Shown here piece after piece: positions 54,925 to 64,000 of a stretch of DNA of 64,000 nucleotides (positions within the stretch are counted from its first letter, which is position 1; each line of letters begins with the position of its first letter). Location of the stretch: positions 209,211 through 273,210 of the forward strand of contig CAVZKR010000005.1 in NCBI GenBank assembly GCA_963775935.1. The letters run 5' to 3'. The notes beneath the pieces were generated by a model. That model was not told where the DNA came from. It did not search any database and worked only from the letters and a program-made list of their open reading frames with translations. This DNA is from an uncultured Chloroflexia bacterium. GTDB taxonomy: Bacteria > Chloroflexota > Dehalococcoidia > GIF9 > UBA5629. The position numbers were made by a program, and so were the translations under genes.

Positions 54925-55920
54925 CTATTTTCCCGAAGCGGTGAAGATTAGTTTTGGGGATAGAAACGATTTGTCTTTGGGAGTATAATCGCCAGCCTCG
55001 GTGCTTACAGACAGCTTGCTCAGGCTGGCACCGTCGTAGGCAACGGCATTCTCCAGGCTGAAGTCATAGAGTTGCTGTTCCCAGCCCTGAACCTGGAATC
55101 GTACAATAACGATGGGAATATCCCCATTGATACCGCTGCTGCTTACCATTGCCACTAGTATTCTGCCCGGGGTATCAATATTGTATTCGATAAGAGCGTT
55201 CCCTTCTGATGTCACTTCGGCGACATCCAGAGCAATAAGGGTGCTGTCATCATAGACCAGCTCGAAGTAGAGACTGCCGACATTGGCAGCACCTTCAACA
55301 TCTATAGGTATCATTACCTCCTTGGGCTCCCAGGGTTTAAGTAAAAAAACTGCCAGCAGGACACAAGCCACAACCACAACAGACCCTCCGATAATTGCCA
55401 GCCGTTTTTTGCCTGACATTTTGCCTTTTGTTTTGCCGGCAGCCTTCGGTGCTTTCGCTGGTCCCTTTTGGACAGGAGGTGGTGCTGGAGGGGTGGGGGC
55501 GGGTAGTTTCTCAGCCAGAACAGCGAGGTCGGCGGAAGACCTGGCGGCAATAAGCCCATTCAGTTCTCCGCTGAGCTGTTCCAGACGTGTTATGGAAGTC
55601 TGTATCTTTTGCCTGGAGCTACTGTAGGAGTCCTCGCAAAGCTCGCCGATTTTGTATTTTACTTCAAGCCTGGTCAGCTCCTGCTGATAGGTCTCGTGTT
55701 CCTGGTGCACCGCTGCGAGCTGCCTGCTGAAGTCCTTCTTGAGCCGCTCTATCTCCAATCTGGAGGAACTCAGCCTCTGTTCATACTCTGCCTTCATACT
55801 GGAATACATATCCGGTGTGAGCGAGCCGTCGGCTTTGAGCTTCTCCAGATTGGTCAGGAACTTTTCGGTATCTTCTTTTCCAAAGAAGGCTTTTGCCAGG
55901 TTCTTTAGTTCATCAGCCAT
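54925..55920 (-). CDS. Bitopic membrane protein: conserved N-terminal coiled-coil module, TM, C-terminal cohesin-like domain
   Basis: The N-terminus is paralogous to 51946-53079. The C-terminal IPIDVEGAANVGSLYFELVYDDSTLIALDVAEV...GDIPIVIVRFQVQG fits the cohesin pattern. Confidence 0.65.
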   Translation of the reverse strand: MADELKNLAKAFFGKEDTEKFLTNLEKLKADGSLTPDMYSSMKAEYEQRLSSSRLEIERLKKDFSRQLAAVHQEHETYQQELTRLEVKYKIGELCEDSYSSSRQKIQTSITRLEQLSGELNGLIAARSSADLAVLAEKLPAPTPPAPPPVQKGPAKAPKAAGKTKGKMSGKKRLAIIGGSVVVVACVLLAVFLLKPWEPKEVMIPIDVEGAANVGSLYFELVYDDSTLIALDVAEVTSEGNALIEYNIDTPGRILVAMVSSSGINGDIPIVIVRFQVQGWEQQLYDFSLENAVAYDGASLSKLSVSTEAGDYTPKDKSFLSPKLIFTASGK

Positions 55921-55981
55921 CTCTATACTTTACTCCAGTATCCTGTTACAGGTACTCCAGTTCACTGCTGTACATCTGGAT

Positions 55982-56698
55982 TCATTTTTTCTTGACTGCC
56001 AGCTTCAGAAAGAGACGGGCATCCGTCATGTCGACTTTACCATTTTTATCAGCATCCAGCTTCGAATCAGAGGCCAGTTTCCCGTCGGCTATTTTCAATG
56101 CCAGCAGTGCCATCAGCTCACTGGAAGTATTGGCATCAATGGTAATGGGTATGTTCCCACTCTTTACCGGGGGTGTGGTAGCCGGGGGAGACGTTGTTAC
56201 AGGCGGAGTCACCGGTGGAATCACAGGTTGTATCACTGGTGGTTGTGTAACCGGTGGGGTAGTGTATGGAATTACCGTTGTAGGGGGTGGTGTTGGCATC
56301 ACCGTGCCAGTGACCGTAAAGGAAGTCGTATCTGCCTTGACCTGGTTGAAGCCTGAGCCTTCCAGCCTGACCTGCCATAGGCCTATGTCACTCTGGTCTG
56401 CCGTTCCCAGAGGAAGAGTTTGTGTTGAATTTGTTGGCAAAGATAATTGACTAACAGTGGGTCCACCTGGACCTGTCAGAGTTAATTTTGCCTGGCATTC
56501 GACGGAAGCATGCAGGTAGAGTATTACCTGTTCACCTACCTTGTAGGACCCGCCTGTTTTACCTTCCCCCTGTCCACCCTTGCTGGTCCAGACGTCTACA
56601 CTTAATATAATTGGCTTGGCACTAACGCTGGTAGTCGGGAACATACCGATGCTTAAAAAAATGAAGAGAATTGTTATTGGAATAGAGAATTTTTTCAT
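55982..56698 (-). CDS. Secreted protein with PT-rich linker and C-terminal dockerin-like module
   Basis: Signal peptide (..TSVSA-KP), a beta-rich domain, a PT linker, and a C-terminal TSSELMALLALKIADGK....DADKNGKVDMTDARLFLKLAV resembling dockerin repeats. Confidence 0.65.
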   Translation of the reverse strand: MKKFSIPITILFIFLSIGMFPTTSVSAKPIILSVDVWTSKGGQGEGKTGGSYKVGEQVILYLHASVECQAKLTLTGPGGPTVSQLSLPTNSTQTLPLGTADQSDIGLWQVRLEGSGFNQVKADTTSFTVTGTVMPTPPPTTVIPYTTPPVTQPPVIQPVIPPVTPPVTTSPPATTPPVKSGNIPITIDANTSSELMALLALKIADGKLASDSKLDADKNGKVDMTDARLFLKLAVKKK

Positions 56699-56773
56699 TC
56701 CTGGTTTCCTTGCTAAAATTATACCTTATAATACCAGATTAACCTCGCTGACTATGATGGGTGTTTTTCTCTC

Positions 56774-57313
56774 TCATTTGGTTTCTGTCTCTTTAAAAAA
56801 ATCTTCATCCAACCTAAAATAAAATCTAAAGACATGAGAACATTGTAGTATATCATTACTCGTATCCAAAGTAGATTTACTATGTGCCTCATCCCAAGTT
56901 AGCTGCTTTGTTTGAGATCTTAAGTGACCTGTTTTTATATCTCTGACGTGGGCCAGAACATAAATAACTTCTCCTTTTCTTATTTCAATATAGACTTCTG
57001 GATTAGGTTTTCTACGGTCTTCGGTATAATTTGTAACCTGCCACATATTTCTAAAGAACCCATACGATAATTCGAGTAAATCTCCACCCACGAATACCGA
57101 GCGTCTTATACCACTCTCATCATATCCATAAACAGATGTATCTGTGGCTGTCCAACACTTAACTCTAACAGGTTTTTCTTTCGCCTCCTTCACTCCCATT
57201 GCGCAGGAAGGTATAAACCTGTCCATAATGTCAGAAGCGTCTTGCTTAGTGCAGGAAGGAAAAATCATTAGCAGTAAAACCAAGAACAGCACAACTAAGC
57301 GAATATTTCTCAC
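56774..57313 (-). CDS. Hypothetical lipoprotein
   Basis: Signal peptide with FPSC lipobox. 179 aa, no recognised domain. Confidence 0.55.
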   Translation of the reverse strand: MRNIRLVVLFLVLLLMIFPSCTKQDASDIMDRFIPSCAMGVKEAKEKPVRVKCWTATDTSVYGYDESGIRRSVFVGGDLLELSYGFFRNMWQVTNYTEDRRKPNPEVYIEIRKGEVIYVLAHVRDIKTGHLRSQTKQLTWDEAHSKSTLDTSNDILQCSHVFRFYFRLDEDFFKETETK

Positions 57314-57430
57314 GTCAAACCCTATGTGAAAAGATGTAGTTAAAAGGCAGTATATGGCAGTGAACTAAGGTTGTCAATACTCTAGGCATACTTTATGTTT
57401 GGGAGAAGGGGTAATAAAGTGCTGGAAGAG

Positions 57431-58129
57431 TCACTCAGTTAGAAACTTGTAAACGAGGTTATTGAACTCTTCGACGTATTCCCGCTGAGGGGCGTGGCCG
57501 CAGTGGGGGAATATATGCAATCTGCAATCCGGTATCAGCTTGTATGCCCTTTTTGCCTGTGAGACAGGTAAATAAATGTCCTTATCTCCCCAGACTATCA
57601 TCGTCTTTGGTTTCAGTTCCGGCAGGCGATTGAGGAAAACCCAGTCATCTGCACTGCTCTCAGCGTAGGTGAACTTCCTCTCTTTCCCTGCTAATCTCCT
57701 GATGCCGCTGGTCAGTTGGAGAATCAATGTGCCCTTACGGCTGAGCTCTCCCAGTCCTCCACTGTTCACCAGCATGAGCTTCTTCACCCTTTCGGGATAG
57801 TCGAGGGCAAAGGAAAGAGCCCCCATACCACCCATAGAATGTCCCACGAGGTGAACGAACTGAATATCCATGGCTTTCAGGAAACCTTTTAAGAAGTCGG
57901 CACCCCAGGAGGGAGCCACTGGCAATTCTGGCATCTGGCTGAGACCGTAGCCTGGCAGGTCGGGAACATAAACTCGAAAGCTGTTGGATAGAGAGCTGAT
58001 ATTCTTTTCCCACTCATGCCAGTCATTGGCAGCACCGTGGAGGAGAATAACCGGCTCTCCTTCGCCCAGACATTTATAGTGGATATCAAGCCCCTGCACC
58101 TTCGCCCAATAGCTGTGAAAATCCGACAT
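57431..58129 (-). CDS. Alpha/beta hydrolase fold protein
   Basis: HG oxyanion motif (VILLHGAAND), nucleophile elbow GHSMGG and a C-terminal His (PHCGHAPQ). Confidence 0.85.
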   Translation of the reverse strand: MSDFHSYWAKVQGLDIHYKCLGEGEPVILLHGAANDWHEWEKNISSLSNSFRVYVPDLPGYGLSQMPELPVAPSWGADFLKGFLKAMDIQFVHLVGHSMGGMGALSFALDYPERVKKLMLVNSGGLGELSRKGTLILQLTSGIRRLAGKERKFTYAESSADDWVFLNRLPELKPKTMIVWGDKDIYLPVSQAKRAYKLIPDCRLHIFPHCGHAPQREYVEEFNNLVYKFLTE

Positions 58130-58144
58130 TGCAGTGTGTTCTTC

Positions 58145-59038
58145 TTATCCGCCTGAGCTCCTGGAAGAGTCTACGGGTGCTTTGTCGAAATAGAAGGCAA
58201 TACCGAGCAGTCCGGGACCTGTATGCACCCCCATGACCGGAGTGAAATCACGGACATAGATTTCAACGCAGTTAGACGTTGAAGTGATATGTTCCTTGAG
58301 TTTCTCAGCTTCCTGGAGGGCATCGCTATGCAGTACGATGGCATGCATCGGTTTCTTATCGGTACGTTCCAGAACTATCTCGCTGAGGCGTTTAATGGCC
58401 TTTGCCCTGGTTCTGACCTTGTCCAGCGGGATGGCTCCTCCTGACAGTGGCAGAAGCTCGAAAATTGGTTTAATCTCGAGTAACTGGCTTGCCCAGGCGG
58501 CGATATAGGGGACCCGGCCTCCCTTTGCCAGGTAACGGAGCGTGTCGATAAATGCCACGAGGTGAACTACGGGCATTGTCTTATGGGCAGCATTGAGTAC
58601 TTTTTCTAGATTTTCCCCCAGCGCCGCTGCCCTGGCTGCCGCCAGCACCACCAATCCCTGAGCGCCGGCAGCGGTACCGCTGTCGAGCACTTCGATAGTA
58701 GCCTGCAGCTTTTCTCTTCCCATCTTCGACGCAGCCATGGCGGAATTAAAAGCGTGGGTAAGTTTGGCAGAGGGAGCAATTATCAAGATAGCTCCGGCTC
58801 TCCTGGTGGTCTTTTTAAGAACTTCAAAATAGGTTGCTGGTGATGGCGCTGAGGTGGTGGGTAGTTTGTCAGCATTGGCGAGAAGCTTGTAAAAGTCAGA
58901 GGGGCTCATGTCTACCCCGTCACGATATACCTTGTCTTTATAGATAAATTCCATGGGTACAACGTCAATCCCATATTTCTCTACCAGCTCGGGGGGCAGG
59001 CACACTGTGCTGTCGGTGATAATGGCTACATCCGCCAT
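58145..59038 (-). CDS. DegV family fatty-acid-binding protein
   Basis: VAIITDSTVCLP N-terminus, ...PTTSAPSP..., and DegV-like length. Start at ATG 59038 (GTG 59056 is an alternative). Confidence 0.8.
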   Translation of the reverse strand: MADVAIITDSTVCLPPELVEKYGIDVVPMEFIYKDKVYRDGVDMSPSDFYKLLANADKLPTTSAPSPATYFEVLKKTTRRAGAILIIAPSAKLTHAFNSAMAASKMGREKLQATIEVLDSGTAAGAQGLVVLAAARAAALGENLEKVLNAAHKTMPVVHLVAFIDTLRYLAKGGRVPYIAAWASQLLEIKPIFELLPLSGGAIPLDKVRTRAKAIKRLSEIVLERTDKKPMHAIVLHSDALQEAEKLKEHITSTSNCVEIYVRDFTPVMGVHTGPGLLGIAFYFDKAPVDSSRSSGG

Positions 59039-59320
59039 GCTTGTATTTTCCTTCACACGCTTTGTTGACTACGTGGCTGTCTGAACTCCCTCGAGCACTT
59101 TGCTGCTCCTATTTTGCCACGTTTTAAGTACGAACTAACTAAAGCACATTGTAATGCGAGGCATATTGAATGTCAATGGAATGTAGAGCAAGTGGGACAC
59201 AGGCTGGGAGGGGATTCCCTTGCTTAAAAACAGGTCTTTACTCTATTGATTTGAACATGTTCCGATGCTATCATGGCGTTAGCTACAGGTAGTAATTACA
59301 GAGGCAAAGGGGGGTTGACG

Positions 59321-59797
59321 ATGATAGCTGAGAAGGTTCTTAAAGAGTTTGCGCTTTTTGACGGTCTGGATGCCAGCAAGCTGGCAAAGATAGCAGAATT
59401 TTGCCATGAGCGTACGTTGAACGACGGAGCACTCTGCTTCAGCCAGGGCAATCAGGCTACGGAATTGCATCTATGCCATAGTGGTAGAGTTGATATCGTG
59501 GTCAGAATCCATGAACCCTGGGGCACAGAGGTTGTCGTCCATACTGCTAAGCCTGGCGAGGTCTTTGGCTGGTCTGCCCTTGTTGGTCCCTATCTTTTCA
59601 CAGCATCAGCAAAATGTACAGGGAAGGTTGAGGAGATTTATCTGAAAGGTGTGGATTTGCTCAAGTTATTCGAGAAAGACCCTGCTACCGGCTATATCAT
59701 AATGAGAAATTTAGGTATGTTGATAAGTTCGCGACTTACCGAAAGCCGCGAGAAGTTGACCAGGGCAATAGCTGCCTCGACGAATAAGGAGTGGTAA
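59321..59797 (+). CDS. Cyclic-nucleotide-binding domain protein (no DNA-binding domain)
   Basis: FALFDGLDASKLAKIAEF...GEVFGWSAL pattern of cNMP-binding beta-barrels. GGGGGG RBS upstream of the ATG at 59321. Confidence 0.7.
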   Translation: MIAEKVLKEFALFDGLDASKLAKIAEFCHERTLNDGALCFSQGNQATELHLCHSGRVDIVVRIHEPWGTEVVVHTAKPGEVFGWSALVGPYLFTASAKCTGKVEEIYLKGVDLLKLFEKDPATGYIIMRNLGMLISSRLTESREKLTRAIAASTNKEW

Positions 59798-59806
59798 GGA
59801 ACGGGA

Positions 59807-60973
59807 TTACTTAAGCAGCAAATCGTATATTCGCCATCTCTTATAGTATTTTGCGCCAAACATCTGGACAAGTTTGATAATTTGGTCATTGTCTTCCAAC
59901 AGCAGTGATGCATCACAGCTGAAATAATTTTTTTGCAGCCATTGTTCTACGATTTCAGCAGTAAGGATGGCTGGAAGCCCCGTCATTCGATATTCCGGCT
60001 TAATACCGAAGAACATACCTCGTAAATGTGGTATTCGGCGGCGCATCAAAAGTAGTCTCGCTACCCGCACCAGGTCTGAATCACCATACCAGCGCCATCG
60101 GGGACGAAGGGCAAAATTGGGATCGGGGATAACTCCCATAACCGAGGCTGGTTTGCCATCAATATAGGCAAAACGTACCAGAGCTGGGTCGATTATGAGA
60201 CGCAGGGTATCGGCAATAGAATCCGCTTCTTCATCTGTTAAGGGCATAAAGCCCCAGTTTTGCGACCAGGCTTCGTTGTAGATATGGACGATTAGTTGAA
60301 CCTCAGCCCTGAGTTCCTTAATATTTACGGCGCGGCTTTCATATTTAATGAGCTTGCGTGCAGTCTGCGCCAATCTCCTGATGAACTTTAGTTGAGCGGT
60401 ATCCCTATCTGCTATATAAGCAACGTAGTCTTTTGCTTTCTGGAATCCGTAGCGTTCAATAAATTCCTGATAGTATGGGTAGTTATGGGTTAATTCTACA
60501 GTTGGCGGATATTGAAATCCATCGATAAGAATACCCTGGCGTTCATGTGTAGCATTAGAGTATTCCCCCGGTCCCCGCAGCACTGTCATGCCACGCTCCA
60601 CCACCCAGTTGCGAGCATGGTCTAAGAGGGTGCGTGCCACGTCGTAGTCATTGACCACGTCGAAAAATCCGAAAAAACCAAAAGAGGAATGATAATGCTC
60701 GTTATACTCCCTGTTCACCGCTGCTGAGATACGACCTGCGGGTTCTTTTCCCCTCCATGCCATAAAATGGGTTACTTCCGCATGCCGATGATAGGCATGA
60801 TTTGGCGTCAGCAATCCTTTCAGCCCCAGCAATTTATTGCCTAGCAAATCTCCGTTAAGAGGTGGCGTCCAGCAGGGGTCTCCTTTGTATAGTTTCCAGG
60901 GGAATTTAACGAAGTCCTTTAACCGGGAATCTCCTAGCGGAATCTGAGTGATGGTCAATGCTTTGTCAGACAT
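59807..60973 (-). CDS. Conserved hypothetical protein, possibly GNAT-fold acyltransferase
   Basis: 388-aa ORF with the FGFFGFFDV motif seen in a family usually annotated as N-acetyltransferase. The assignment comes from memory only. Confidence 0.45.
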   Translation of the reverse strand: MSDKALTITQIPLGDSRLKDFVKFPWKLYKGDPCWTPPLNGDLLGNKLLGLKGLLTPNHAYHRHAEVTHFMAWRGKEPAGRISAAVNREYNEHYHSSFGFFGFFDVVNDYDVARTLLDHARNWVVERGMTVLRGPGEYSNATHERQGILIDGFQYPPTVELTHNYPYYQEFIERYGFQKAKDYVAYIADRDTAQLKFIRRLAQTARKLIKYESRAVNIKELRAEVQLIVHIYNEAWSQNWGFMPLTDEEADSIADTLRLIIDPALVRFAYIDGKPASVMGVIPDPNFALRPRWRWYGDSDLVRVARLLLMRRRIPHLRGMFFGIKPEYRMTGLPAILTAEIVEQWLQKNYFSCDASLLLEDNDQIIKLVQMFGAKYYKRWRIYDLLLK

Positions 60974-61493
60974 TATTGCTCCTTAAGCAGAAAAGCAAAG
61001 CCTTTTTAATCGATTTCATTCCTGCCTCCTGCTCCCGCTTTTGTGGTGGTAAGCGCTATTATAGCATTTAGCGTAACAGAAAACCCCAGGAATTGCTCGC
61101 TTAAATAATATTCCCCTCCCTGCAACGGGAGGGGAAAGGTTGGTATGATACTCTGATATAAGCTGTCGCAGTTCTCACTACACTGATAACGTCGATGAGC
61201 TTCTCTGCGTTCTTAGCCTAATACTCTATAATGACCCTTATCATAGTAATTCTCCTTTCAGGCTGATGTAAATCATTCGACTAAGAGTAGTATAGATTCT
61301 TCTGGTGATGTTAGCTATTCGAAAGCTTACAATGAGAGAATTTTCACACTATGCGAAATTTCACACCTTGTACTATCAACTACTTCTCAAGAAGTGCTAG
61401 AATTGTGAGGAAAAAGTTAATAGTTCACTGGTGTTAAGGGGAATGGAATTCCTAGTGAACAATACGTAACTTCGAGAAGGGGGATTTAATTAT

Positions 61494-61946
61494 ATGGCAT
61501 CGAAAGTGAAGCATTACCCTATGTACTATCGCGGCGTGAAACAGGTCTGCTCCAATGTGCCGCCCGGATCACCGATATATGCTAAGGAAATAGCGGTGGG
61601 CAATCTTATCTTTGTTTCCGGGATGACTGCACAGGACACGGAGACCGGTGTGGTCATGGTACATGATATATCCAGCCAGATGAATGTGGCATTGACTAAA
61701 GTCAAGATGGCGCTGGAGGAAGCCGGTAGCTGCATGGATAATGTCATCAAAACGCTGATATTACTTAAAAATCCGACTGACTATACCGTGATGCGCCGCA
61801 GCGAAGTTGAGTTTTATCAAAAACATGCGCCACTTCTTCTGGAGGAGCCACCGGTGAGCACTCTCATCCATGTACCCCAAATCGGCAGCGGGCCTGAATA
61901 TTTGGTAGAAATCGAAGTGGTAGCTGTGGTATTGAGAAAAAAGTAG
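61494..61946 (+). CDS. RidA/YjgF/TdcF family protein
   Basis: 150 aa. ...GNLIFVSGMTAQD... and C-terminal ...VEIEVVAV motifs of the Rid family. Confidence 0.75.
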   Translation: MASKVKHYPMYYRGVKQVCSNVPPGSPIYAKEIAVGNLIFVSGMTAQDTETGVVMVHDISSQMNVALTKVKMALEEAGSCMDNVIKTLILLKNPTDYTVMRRSEVEFYQKHAPLLLEEPPVSTLIHVPQIGSGPEYLVEIEVVAVVLRKK

Positions 61947-61966
61947 CACAGCAAAAGGAGGTTACC

Positions 61967-62704
61967 ATGAATTATGGTCAACTAATAGAACTGGTAAAGC
62001 ACAGAAGGAGCGTCCGTAAATTTAAGCCGAATCCGATACCCGATGACTACGTTGAGAAAATTATCGAGGTAGCTCGTTGGGCTCCATCAGGTTTCAACTT
62101 ACAGCCATGGGAATTCGTGGTGGTGAAAGAAAAAAGACTGAAAGGCAAAATTGCGCACATTGTCACTGAATGCCGTGCTCGCCAGATGAAGATGGAACCA
62201 ACGAGGGAAAAGTGGCAGGGATCTGCCTGGAAACCACCACTCACGGAGCTGGCAGAGTTCAGTGTCGCTCCAGTGTTTATACTCCTCTTCGGTGATACCA
62301 GAACCAGGGCGGGATTGCCTATGTATCTAAGATATGACGACCGACAATTCGAGTCGACGTTTAACTCAGGACTGGCCAATGCTTTCCTCTATATGCATCT
62401 GGCTGCAGCGAGTCTCGGACTTGCTTCGCAGTGGGTATCCCAGGTTTGTGACCCAGTGGTGCATTGTTTGATAAAGGACTTTCTGGGAATACCGGCAGAT
62501 ATGGAAGTCTACGATATGATGGCGGTGGGATATTCTGAGGTGAAGCCAAGACAAAAGCTGCTGAAAGGTAAAGAGAACATGATTCATTACGATTACTGTG
62601 GCGAAAAAGATTTTAGAACTGATGAAGAAGTCAAAGATTTCATCAAGCGAGTCCGAACCTGGACTGTGGCTGCTCATCGCTGGAAACCAGGCAATAAGAC
62701 GTAG
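61967..62704 (+). CDS. Nitroreductase family protein
   Basis: HRRSVRKFKPNPIPDDYVEKIIEVARWAPSGFNLQPWEFVVV is the canonical nitroreductase N-terminus. Confidence 0.85.
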   Translation: MNYGQLIELVKHRRSVRKFKPNPIPDDYVEKIIEVARWAPSGFNLQPWEFVVVKEKRLKGKIAHIVTECRARQMKMEPTREKWQGSAWKPPLTELAEFSVAPVFILLFGDTRTRAGLPMYLRYDDRQFESTFNSGLANAFLYMHLAAASLGLASQWVSQVCDPVVHCLIKDFLGIPADMEVYDMMAVGYSEVKPRQKLLKGKENMIHYDYCGEKDFRTDEEVKDFIKRVRTWTVAAHRWKPGNKT

Positions 62705-62896
62705 AGTATCTCACCCTGCTCAAGGACAATAAATACATTTGCACCCTGGCATGCTGTAGTTAAGGGTGATTTCCATCTCTTTTATCGCCTGTGGTACACT
62801 ATTGAGCGTTATGCCATTCGAATACTGGTGATGTATATTCCCGAAAAATTCCATGCAAGCCCATATAATCAGATAGTTACCATATTGTAAGGAGTT

Positions 62897-63685
62897 ATGA
62901 TGAACATTATTGTCTGTATAAAACAGGTACCTGACCCGGAGTCTCCAGCTTCAGCTTTCGAGATTGACAGTGAAGCCAAGCAGGTCAAGTTAAAAGGAGT
63001 GCCTCCAGTGCTCAATCCCTTTGATGAGAATGCACTTGAGGCTGCATTGCGGATTAAAGGTGCTCATCAAAGTAAAATAACCGTGATCAGCATGGGAAAA
63101 ACTCTGGCTAAGCCGGTGCTGAGGAAGGCTCTGGCTGCCGGCGCAGATGAGATGTTTCTTCTGGAAGATGCCAGTTTCGGTGATTTAGACAGTTACACCA
63201 CGGCTTTAATACTTGCTGCTGCTATTAAAAAGATTGGGGCATACGATATTATCTTCACCGGCAGGCAGGCATCAGATACTGATGCTGGTGTTGTAGGCTC
63301 GGGTATCGCCGAGCTCCTGGGTATTCCAGTCATTACTATTGCTCGCAAAGTAGAGTTAAATGACGGAAAGCTAAGAGTGGAGCGAGCGCTCGCCGATGGT
63401 CATGAAGTAGTTGAAACATCATTACCAGCCCTGGTCACCGTAAGCAATGAGCTTGGAGAGTTGCGTTCTATTGCTATGAAAGAGCTCATAGCTGCGCAGA
63501 AGATGCCGATGAAAACGATCACGGCTCAGGAACTCGGAATTGAACCTCTATCGAGCAAGCGAGCTACTTTGCTCAAGTTGTTTATCCCCAAGAGAGAAGT
63601 GCACTGCGATATTATTGGAGGTGGAACGCCGGAGGAAGCAGGCGCAAATCTGGCTATAAGGCTCAGGGAGTCCCAACTGATTTAG
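62897..63685 (+). CDS. etfB: Electron transfer flavoprotein beta subunit
   Basis: MNIIVCIKQVPDPE..., ...NPFDENALEAALRIK... and ...DIIFTGRQASDTDAGVVG... motifs. No etfA follows within the window. Confidence 0.85.
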   Translation: MMNIIVCIKQVPDPESPASAFEIDSEAKQVKLKGVPPVLNPFDENALEAALRIKGAHQSKITVISMGKTLAKPVLRKALAAGADEMFLLEDASFGDLDSYTTALILAAAIKKIGAYDIIFTGRQASDTDAGVVGSGIAELLGIPVITIARKVELNDGKLRVERALADGHEVVETSLPALVTVSNELGELRSIAMKELIAAQKMPMKTITAQELGIEPLSSKRATLLKLFIPKREVHCDIIGGGTPEEAGANLAIRLRESQLI

Positions 63686-63767
63686 TAATCAGCAACGCAC
63701 CGAAGAACAATGCTATATCCATGATAGTCGCGGCTCATTTTACGTCAATGTTCGCTTAGCTATTTTT

Positions 63768-64000
63768 TTATTGTGCCGTTTTTGAAGTGGATGAGGCGGT
63801 TGTTGGCTTCAGGAAGATGGCCAACAGAATAGCAACAATAGAGACGCAAATACCCAGCAAAAAGGCGAAGTGGTAGCTGCCAGTTACATCGAATATATAA
63901 CCAAATAGTGCAGGTCCAAAAGCGGCTCCGACGCTGAAGCTGAAACATAAAATGCCATAAATCAGGCCATGGGACGCTAGCCCAAAGAGCCCTGCCACGA
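63768..64000 (-). CDS. MFS transporter, C-terminal part (5' end beyond window)
   Basis: Two terminal TM helices (...FGPALFGYIFDVTGSYHFAFLLG...). The ORF runs off the right edge of the window. Confidence 0.6.
   Translation of the reverse strand, partial: VAGLFGLASHGLIYGILCFSFSVGAAFGPALFGYIFDVTGSYHFAFLLGICVSIVAILLAIFLKPTTASSTSKTAQ

Noticed and set aside
55739-56450. Two long plus-strand ORFs (205 and 185 aa) spanning the cohesin/dockerin genes.
   Set aside because: They are antisense to two minus-strand genes that have a signal peptide or domain logic. They are Gly/Val/Cys-rich mirrors of the PT linker.
1-64000. CRISPR arrays, rRNA genes, and prophage structural gene blocks.
   Set aside because: Reading both strands showed no regularly spaced short repeats with unique spacers, no rRNA-like sequence, and no capsid, tail or terminase-like ORFs.

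Overview
This 64-kb bacterial window has a metabolic backbone broken by three accessory regions. The taxon is not determinable here. Gene content (AthL-like molybdoenzymes, family III CoA-transferases, ADP-forming acyl-CoA synthetases, IATSLRSSQ-type repeats) suggests an anaerobic Chloroflexota/Dehalococcoidia-like organism, by inference only. All family assignments come from motifs read by eye and recalled reference sequences. No searches were run.

Backbone genes:
- Partial glycerate kinase, acyl-CoA dehydrogenase, and a GlcD/GlcF-like flavoprotein/Fe-S cluster with one member frameshifted.
- A four-tRNA cluster (Val-Leu-Arg-Val).
- BaiN-like flavoprotein, maf, and an RNA-metabolism cluster (Zn-ribbon protein, rpsU, RRM protein, DEAD-box helicase), then rpoD.
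- A catabolic cluster at 31.3-41.1 kb: a frameshifted acetylene-hydratase-like Mo/W enzyme, two family III CoA-transferases, two NDP-forming acyl-CoA synthetase proteins and patB.
- lgt, DegV, an alpha/beta hydrolase, RidA, nitroreductase and etfB.

Accessory regions:
1. 7.5-22.1 kb: two tandem segments bounded by three direct copies of the 3' part of tRNA-Val(TAC). Each carries a pyrogallol-transhydroxylase-like molybdoenzyme. Segment 1 also has a beta subunit, a TRAP transporter and an IclR regulator. A decayed tyrosine integrase is split into complementary halves on opposite strands 9.4 kb apart.
2. 41.1-49.4 kb: an AT-rich island ending in a stack of initiator-tRNA-like 3' fragments. It holds the strongest novelty candidates:
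   - a same-strand operon of a 316-aa unknown protein with an antitoxin-like tail, a PIN nuclease, a membrane-tethered HNH nuclease and two small proteins;
   - an orphan DUF4062-domain protein;
   - a SWIM-DDE transposase;
   - hicAB flanked by 34-nt direct repeats.
3. 51.9-56.7 kb: paralogous coiled-coil membrane anchors and an adjacent cohesin/dockerin gene pair.

No CRISPR array or rRNA was seen.
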